A stretch of 7,065 nucleotides of DNA, from positions 1 to 7,065 of the forward strand of contig NW_021829063.1 of assembly GCF_006345805.1 (NCBI RefSeq), read 5' to 3'. This stretch comes from Octopus sinensis (Eukaryota). This document shows positions 1-5,657 of this stretch, in pieces (position 1 is the first letter of the stretch; each line of letters opens with the position of its first letter). The translations under genes were made by a program, and so were the position numbers. The notes under the pieces were generated by a model that made no database searches, was not told where the DNA came from, and saw only the letters and a list, made by a program, of their open reading frames with translations.

Positions 1-266
1 AATAACAATCTGGAGGCGAACAAACATCGCGCATCCAACAAAAGATCAGATATGAGTGTGTTTCTTGGAAACAAGAGAATGATGACGATATCGGCAAAGA
101 GTATAGTAGCATCTTTTGGACTAGTGACCATTACATCCCATTACATTTCGACACAGTTATATTTTTGCAGTCACGGAACAGATAGCTACCTGTTCAACAA
201 AAAAAGACTGGAATGTATAAATTTGCAAGAGGTGACTGAACATATCCATTATCCATCTGTAAACAT

Positions 267-540
267 GTGGAGGCACATGGCCTAGTGGTTAGAGCAGCGG
301 ACTTGCGGTCGAGGGATTGCGGGTTCGAATATCAGACCGGGCGATGTGTGTGTTTATGAGCGAAAACACCTAAGCTCCATGCAGCTCAGGCAGAAGGTAA
401 CGGCGAACTTCTGCTGACTCTTTCTCCACAACTTTCTCTCACTCTTTCCTCCTGTGTTCCGTCCAGGTGGGGAACCTATACGCCAAGGAAACCGGGAAAC
501 CGGCCCTTATGAGCCAGGCGTGGCTCGAGAAGGAACAATT
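267..540 (+). mobile_element. tRNA-derived SINE, OR-like (octopus tRNA-Arg-related) type, full length with target-site duplication
   Basis: Pol III A box TGGCCTAGTGG (278-288) and B box GGTTCGAAT (322-330). Flanked by an exact 9-bp direct repeat TGTAAACAT (258-266 and 541-549). Head is shared with the SINE at 3791-4077. Family name is from recall. Confidence 0.85.
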
Positions 541-701
541 TGTAAACATAAGTAGCGTAGTTGGTGAGTGGAAACGGTTCACCCCAGGTGATGATTTATA
601 AGGGCGGGGCGGCACTTTTGGGGAAGCTCAGATTCTAGCTTCACCACTGGTAGACATTATACAGGTGATCAGCTATGTATGTTATACTGCGGATCACACA
701 G

Positions 702-1029
702 TGGCTGTGTGGTGAGTAGCTCGCTTACGAATCACATGGTTCTGGTTTCAGTCCCACTGCGTGGCACCTTGGGCAAGTGTCTTCTACTATAGCCTCGGGC
801 CGACCAAAGCCTTATGAGTGGATTTGGTAGACGGAAACTGAAAGAAGCCCGTCGTATATATATATATATATGTATATATATATGTGTGTGTGTGTGTGTA
901 GGTTTGTGTGTCTGTGTTTGTTCCCCCAACATCACTTGATAATCGATGCTCGTGTGTTTACGTCCCGGTAACTTAGCGGTTCGGCAAAAGAGACCGATAG
1001 AATAAGTACTAGGGTAAAAGAGTAAAAGA
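702..1029 (+). mobile_element. tRNA-derived SINE with internal (TA)n(TG)n tract, OK-like type, carrying an internal 3' deletion
   Basis: Aligns along its length to the reverse complement of 3349-3743 (head ...CCCACTGCGTGGCACCTTGGGCAAGTGTCTTCTACTATAGCCTCGGGCCGACC..., body GTAACTTAGCGGTTCGGCAAAAGAGACC, tail GTAAAAGAGTAAAAGA). B-box-like GGTTTCAGTCCC at 744-755. Lacks about 83 bp present in the other copy. Confidence 0.9.
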
Positions 1030-1168
1030 TTATATTAAGAAAAAAAAACAAACAAACTTAAGTACACATTGTATAATGTGATCCTGGATATCCTTAAAAT
1101 CACGGGATGATCATATGTGGAATGCCTTAGATCATAGATCTGCTCATTTACAGTTGATTTAGGGATTA

Positions 1169-1254
1169 GCAACAACAACAACAGCACCGCCACCACACAC
1201 AAGAAGAAGAAGAAGAAGAAGAAGAAGAAGAAGAAGAAGAAGAAGAAGAAGAAG

Positions 1255-1286
<32 letters not shown>

Positions 1287-1329
1287 CGGTAGCAGCAACA
1301 GCGACAACATTAACAATAGCAACAACAAG
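1169..1329. repeat. Compound trinucleotide microsatellite: CAA/CAG-rich, (AAG)18, (AAC)11
   Basis: (AAG)18 at 1201-1254 directly followed by (AAC)11 at 1255-1287, with degenerate CAA flanks. Confidence 0.95.
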
Positions 1330-1628
1330 CTTAACATAGTTGTTTTCTTTTATATTTTGGTCAGGAGGGAAAGCAGTGCCCATGTCCCGTTACAGGTTCT
1401 CTGAGATTGGTGGAAAGAAGGGGGAGAAATATTCCTCAACCGGAAACCTGATCCAAATGCTCTACTAAAGGTATCAAAGATGCCAGGTACTGCTGTTAAA
1501 CCGGACGACTGGTTAAGTCTACCACCCAAATAGGCCATGCCTCAAATCACAAGGAGCCGGAACAAATACCGCAAGACATTCAGTCCGACGGTGGTTGTGA
1601 CAGTTCTAAGCAATCAACGACTTCAGAG

Positions 1629-1852
1629 AACACGCGCGCACACACGTGCACACGCTTACACACACACACACACATACGCACGCACACGCACACGAACATA
1701 GACACACGACAGGATTTTATAGTTTCTATTGATCAAATTCACTCACGAGACATTGGCCGGCCTGGACCTATAGTAGAAGACGTCCAGCGTGCTGGGCTGT
1801 GACATAGAATCTGAAACCGCGTGGCTACAGAGCAAGCTTCTTATCCACGCAG
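1629..1852 (-). mobile_element. Old, diverged 5' half of the OK-like SINE, including its decayed (TG)n tract
   Basis: 1715-1852 (AGTTTCTATTGATCAAATTCACTCACGAGACATTGGCCGGCCTGGACCTATAGTAGAAGAC...) is colinear with 3605-3740 (AGTTTCTGTCTACCAAATCCACTCACAAGGCTTTGGTCGGCCCGAGGCTATAGTAGAAGAC...) with many substitutions. A CA/CG tract lies at the position of the internal microsatellite. Confidence 0.75.
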
Positions 1853-1860
1853 ATAAGATA

Positions 1861-2650
1861 GCTAACTTCTTAGATATAACGCTAGGTTTAAATATATATG
1901 CATGCTATTCTTGCGGAAAATCAAACGAGCACAGCATATGCAACCACAAAAATTCCATAAATAAGAACCTTTCAGAGACATTTAACAGAGCTACTTCTAT
2001 TACAACGATACACAGTCTAGTAGTGTCTTTAGTTCGGCTAATATGACAGGAATATCCCACACCACAGCCAACAAGGAGGAGGAAGGTAATCAGGTTTAAT
2101 CCACCATACATGAATGTAGCTACTATCATAACTAGGATATTTCTATCTTTAGTAAAGCAACATTCTCCATCTACATATATGTACAACAAACAACTGAACA
2201 CGAACAATGTTAAGGTTATCTATTCTCGCTTAGATAAGGTCGCTTCTCAGTTCATACACATCTGAAAACATACACTTAGATGTCCCTACACCGACAATCA
2301 AGCCTTCCCTAACGATATACCGAGAATCTATAATAGCTCTGGATGGAATAGAAAAGAATTATATAAAATTTACCGCTAATACATTCAAAAACTGATATTA
2401 CCAGTATCTACGCACATTTTAGTTAAGGGACGTAAAAAAATGAAAAAAAAACCTTTCCATTTATTTGTCTCAATTTGTTTGGAAACTTACGGAGCAGAAT
2501 GTATCCAATAACATGGAATATCCAAACTACAACCTATATCTAATTAAAAAGGTTCCAGTTGTTAAAACAATCAACAACATTTCCTTAACTGAAATCGAAG
2601 ATGATGCCCAATTTCCGCCATCGGAACCAGTTTCTCGTGGCTAGCTTCAT
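1861..2650 (+). pseudogene. Decayed Penelope-like element ORF: C-terminal RT/thumb, linker and GIY-YIG endonuclease remnants (5'-truncated, stops and frameshifts)
   Basis: PLE-like motifs occur in the expected order: NFLDITL (1864-1884); RRRKVIRFNPPYMNVATIITRIFLSLVKQH...NNVKVIYS (2074-2226, cf. PLE linker RKIIWFNPPYS.NV.TNIG..FL.L..KHF...N.VKVSYS); EKNYIKFTANTFKN*YYQ (2351-2404, YIG half of GIY-YIG); LSQFVWKL (2465-2488); ITWNI (2508-2522); FRHRNQFL (2613-2636, cf. terminal CRH.NKF.L). Consensus motifs are recalled, not searched. Confidence 0.85.
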
Positions 2651-2930
2651 AACGCCTGAAAATCTATGGCCTACTGATATGATAAAATCTGCTAACCAGC
2701 GGCTCCTTGATGACTACTTGCCTGAAACGAATGCTTTCCCTAACACTATACATAGCAACAATAATATTCGACCATCTTACCGGCCTTAACCTATGAGAAT
2801 TGACCTGGCCAGTTTTCTGACAATATACCGTCTCATTCACCAGATATTTCCTGAACAAGCGCACGTGCACCTCTACGTCTACGTGAAACTGAGTTGAAAC
2901 GGAGTACATCATCAAGTGATTTCTAATAAA
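2651..2930 (+). mobile_element. Probable 3' pseudo-LTR/UTR of the decayed PLE
   Basis: Follows the GIY-YIG C-terminal motif directly and contains hammerhead-like remnants (2847-2899; weaker at 2707-2730). Boundaries approximate. Confidence 0.5.
2847..2899 (+). ncRNA. Decayed minimal type I hammerhead remnant (predicted inactive)
   Basis: TTTC (2847-2850) / CTGAACA (core with G8 to C) / ACGT...ACGT partial helix II / GAAA (2885-2888) / ACT-G-AGT near-palindromic helix III / U17 / GAAA (2896-2899) pairing with TTTC as helix I. Confidence 0.4.
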
Positions 2931-3109
2931 TATAAACTATGTAATTTGCTGAGAATTCTTCTAATTCATTTACCTTCCCCCACCACACTCTTACTCTCAT
3001 ATTCTGGATGTTCAGCACGCAACAGTATAGACATATAAACAATTTACAAAAAACATGGTACATGACACCAAGTCATATTCATTCGACTCCGAGTGCCGAG
3101 AAGTCATTA

Positions 3110-3128
3110 TTATATATATTATATATAT

Positions 3129-3195
<67 letters not shown>
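3110..3195. repeat. Imperfect (TA)n microsatellite
   Basis: Direct reading. Confidence 0.95.
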
Positions 3196-3348
3196 TATTA
3201 TACTTTATTTAAAATTTAACAAAAATGCTTTGTGTTAAATTTCTGCTGCTTTTAAATAAAGCATATTACTCTACCTCTGGTATTTGAGTACTCTCTTTTC
3301 CACCTTGTTTCACATTTATGTGTTTACTCGGGTATAAATATATATATA

Positions 3349-3742
3349 CTCTCTTTTACTCTTTTACTTGTTTCAGTCATTTGACTGCGGCCATGCTGGA
3401 GCACCGCCTTTGATCGAGCAACTCGACCCCGGGACTTATTCTTTTGTAAGCCCAGTACTTATTCTATAGGTCTCTTTTGCCGAACCGCTAAGTTACGGGG
3501 ACATAAACACACCAGCATCGGTTGTCAAGCAATGCTAGGGGGACAAACACAGACACACACACATACATACATATATATATACATATAAACGACGGGCTTC
3601 TTTCAGTTTCTGTCTACCAAATCCACTCACAAGGCTTTGGTCGGCCCGAGGCTATAGTAGAAGACACTTGCCCAAGGTGCCACGCAGTGGGACTGAACCC
3701 GGAACCATGTGGTTGGTAAACAAGCTACTTACACACACAGCC

Positions 3743-3743
<1 letters not shown>
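3349..3743 (-). mobile_element. Full-length OK-like SINE, flanked by (TA)n on both sides
   Basis: Minus strand reads TGGCTGTGTG...GGGTTCAGTCCCACTGCGTGGCACC...(TA)(TG)n...GGCGGTGCTCCAGCATGGCCGCAGTCAAATGACTGAAACAAGTAAAAGAGTAAAAGAG. Homologous to 702-1029. Confidence 0.9.
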
Positions 3744-3790
<47 letters not shown>

Positions 3791-3791
3791 A
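3744..3791. repeat. (TA)n microsatellite separating two adjacent SINEs
   Basis: Direct reading. Confidence 0.95.
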
Positions 3792-4077
3792 TCACGTGAC
3801 CAACCAGACCATCAGATGTTGTTACACATCGCTGGTCACAATGCGTCGCATTGTTTTAGCCTTCGAATGACGCCACCCCGCTGGCTAAGCGAGCAGGCCA
3901 ACAGAAGAAAGAGTGGTGAAAGAGTACAGCAGGGATACCCCCCCCCCCCTGCGGAGCTCGAGGAGCTTTTAGGTATTTTCGTTCAATAAACACTCACAAC
4001 GCCCGGTCTGGGAATCGAAACCACGATCCTGCGACCGCGAGTCCGCTGCCCTAACCACTAGGCCATTGCGCCTCCAC
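3791..4077 (-). mobile_element. tRNA-derived SINE, second OR-like family (same head as 267-540, different 3' body)
   Basis: Minus strand GTGGAGGCGCAATGGCCTAGTGGTTAGGGCAGCGGACTCGCGGTCGCAGGATCGTGGTTTCGATTCCCAGACCGGGCG... A box at 4055-4065, B box at 4010-4022. The 3' part (...GAAGGCTAAAACAATGCGACGCATTGTGACCAGCGATGTGTAACAACATCTGATGG...CACGTGAT) shows no similarity to the 3' part of 267-540. Confidence 0.85.
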
Positions 4078-4184
4078 ACACACACACACACACACACACC
4101 ACACACATATATAATTATGTATGTATGTATATATTATTTATATAATATATATGTAAATGTAAAAAAATATCTATATATACATAT

Positions 4185-4217
<33 letters not shown>

Positions 4218-4227
4218 AATATATAAT

Positions 4228-4269
<42 letters not shown>

Positions 4270-4323
4270 TGTATATATATATATGTATATATATATATAT
4301 TTTTACATTTACATATATATATA
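4076..4323. repeat. (CA)n followed by long imperfect (TA)n/TATG microsatellite
   Basis: Direct reading. Confidence 0.95.
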
Positions 4324-4409
4324 TTAAAAATATAAGTTACGAAAGAATGGAGTTGAACGACTTGTAACAAGTCGTTCAACTCCATTCTTTCATAAACTTA
4401 TATTTTTAA
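4324..4409. repeat. Fold-back palindrome, 86 bp
   Basis: 4341-4365 is the exact reverse complement of 4367-4391 (25 bp, 1-nt centre). After an AC/ATA internal mismatch, 4324-4338 pairs exactly with 4395-4409 (15 bp). Confidence 0.95.
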
Positions 4410-4749
4410 AATAAACATACAAATTCCGCACGAAAGCACGTAGTCTATGCCCTAGGGACGTAACTTCAACCGTGTTCTTTCTGATGTGAATTTGCTACCC
4501 AGGTATCGGTTATCTTTCGAATTATCCTTAACAAGATAATTCATTCAACTACTAACGGAACTCTCAATACATGTTGTAGAGTGAATGATTTATATAAATT
4601 GAATATCTGTCTTCCGTTTCCTTCATCAATTATTATCTCAACTGAAACCGCGGAATTCCTGACGTAGATCCAGCGGAAATGATACCTCAACCATGGATGA
4701 CCGTGCTTTACTCAACACACTAATTGACATATACCCATTAGTCCAAAAG

Positions 4750-4752
<3 letters not shown>

Positions 4753-4808
<56 letters not shown>
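4753..4808. repeat. (AC)28 microsatellite at the left edge of the 360-bp-unit element
   Basis: Direct reading. Confidence 0.95.
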
Positions 4809-4811
<3 letters not shown>

Positions 4812-5032
4812 TATTAAAATTACTAAGTCTCTCTAAAAGAGATTACGGCAGCGTTACTGGAAATTAATTGTTATCGCCATATTAATATGGCAGTCTTATA
4901 GATATAAGACTAAAAGCTGTCGCTGATTAGCTCCATGAGGCCATCGCCTTAAGATAGCTATTTGACACACAACTGTGTCCATTATAACCTTCGAACAACG
5001 GAGGTCAGCCGCTTCACACTGCTAGTCAGACA

Positions 5033-5072
5033 CTACAGACCATTTCAGGGTATTTGCCCTTGTCAATGTAGC
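5033..5072 (-). ncRNA. Mutated copy of the 5404-5446 hammerhead in the inverted arm
   Basis: Minus strand GCTACA-TTGACAA-GGGCAAATACCCT-GAAA-TGG-TC-TGTAG. One A missing at the helix II junction, and ACGCGT is replaced by the non-palindromic ATGGT. Confidence 0.65.
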
Positions 5073-5121
5073 GTAGTCGACCCAGCAGGTGTCGCCACTG
5101 ATCGTCTCTGTTCGAAGGTTT

Positions 5122-5167
5122 TATTTACCTGGTTTCGGTGGAATACATCCACTTGTTTTCAATAACA
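5122..5167 (-). ncRNA. Inverted-arm copy of the second imperfect hammerhead
   Basis: Minus strand TGTTA-TTGAAAA-CAAGTGGATGTATTCCACC-GAAA-CCAGGT-A-AATAA. Helix III here is ACC-A-GGT. Confidence 0.45.
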
Positions 5168-5308
5168 GAAATATTAAAATTACTAAGTCTCTCTAAAAGA
5201 GATTACGGCAGCGTTACTGGAAATTAATTGTTATCGCCATATTAATATGGCAGTCTTATAGATATAAGACTAATCTCTTTTAGAGAGACTTAGTAATTTT
5301 AATATTTC

Positions 5309-5354
5309 TATTATTGAAAACAAGTGGATGTATTCCACCGAAACTAGGTAAATA
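5309..5354 (+). ncRNA. Second, imperfect minimal hammerhead motif in the same unit
   Basis: TATT(A) / TTGAAAA (U3-A8 core, 5314-5320) / CAA-GTGGA-TGTAT-TCCAC-C / GAAA (5340-5343) / AC-TAG-GT / A17 (5350) / AATA. Extra unpaired bases in helices I and II. Confidence 0.5.
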
Positions 5355-5403
5355 AAACCTTCGAACTGAGACGATCAGTGGCGACACCTGCTGGGTCGAC
5401 TAC

Positions 5404-5446
5404 GCTACATTGACAAAGGGCAAATACCCTGAAACGCGTCTGTAGC
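5404..5446 (+). ncRNA. Minimal type I hammerhead ribozyme, U3-A8 core variant, predicted cleavage between 5440 and 5441 (GUC)
   Basis: Helix I GCTACA (5404-5409)/TGTAGC (5441-5446). Core TTGACAA (5410-5416; U3-A8 replaces the C3-G8 pair of CUGANGA). Helix II AGGG-CAAATA-CCCT (5417-5430). GAAA (5431-5434). Palindromic helix III ACGCGT (5434-5439). C17 at 5440. Confidence 0.85.
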
Positions 5447-5625
5447 TGTCTGACTAGCAGTGTGAAGCGGCTGACCTCCGTTGTTCGAAGGTTATAATGG
5501 ACACAGTTTGTGTGTCAAATAGCTATCTTAAGGCGATGGCCTCATGGAGCTAATCAGCGACAGCTTTTAGTCTTATATCTATAAGACTGCCATATTAATA
5601 TGGCGATAACAATTAATATATATAT

Positions 5626-5657
<32 letters not shown>

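Larger units (their letters stand above)
4809..5617. mobile_element. Non-autonomous hammerhead-bearing element (PLE pseudo-LTR-derived or retrozyme-like), 360-bp unit in partial tandem plus inverted arrangement
   Basis: 4809-4913 is identical to 5169-5273 (105 bp, period exactly 360). 4863-5205 is the reverse complement of 5271-5617 with 8 differences that I count (4 substitutions, 4 one-base indels). No credible ORF. Contains hammerhead motifs. Confidence 0.8.

Noticed and set aside
52-285. 77-aa ORF, and a frame-3 open stretch 6-185 containing SIFWTSDHYIPL (faintly OTU/vertnin-like)
   Set aside because: No recognisable domain; the ORF ends inside a SINE head; the motif resemblance is too short to support.
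269-345. tRNA gene at the OR-like heads (also 4000-4075)
   Set aside because: A/B boxes are present but the sequence continues into SINE bodies, with TSD at the first copy and no clean acceptor stem; these are SINE heads.
732-1383. ORFs 732-935, 1035-1337, 1159-1383 (poly-L/F/V, signal-peptide-like)
   Set aside because: Translations of microsatellites and SINE sequence.
2330-2540. I/Jockey-type LINE RT reading (GWNRKELYKIYR*YI...)
   Set aside because: Initially plausible, but the alternative frames give an ordered series of PLE GIY-YIG motifs continuous with the upstream PLE linker.
2601-2789. 62-aa ORF as an independent gene
   Set aside because: Its N-terminus is the last motif of the decayed PLE ORF; the rest is read-through.
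4962-5165. 67-aa ORF in the ribozyme element
   Set aside because: TTG start, antisense to the ribozymes, and frame not preserved in the inverted copy because of indels.
4809-5617. CRISPR array, DNA-transposon/MITE with long TIRs, or ambisense viroid-like element
   Set aside because: No short repeat-spacer periodicity. The inverted arms do not coincide with both element ends, no TSD is seen, and a direct repeat is superimposed. I found no hammerhead on the opposite polarity of the unit.
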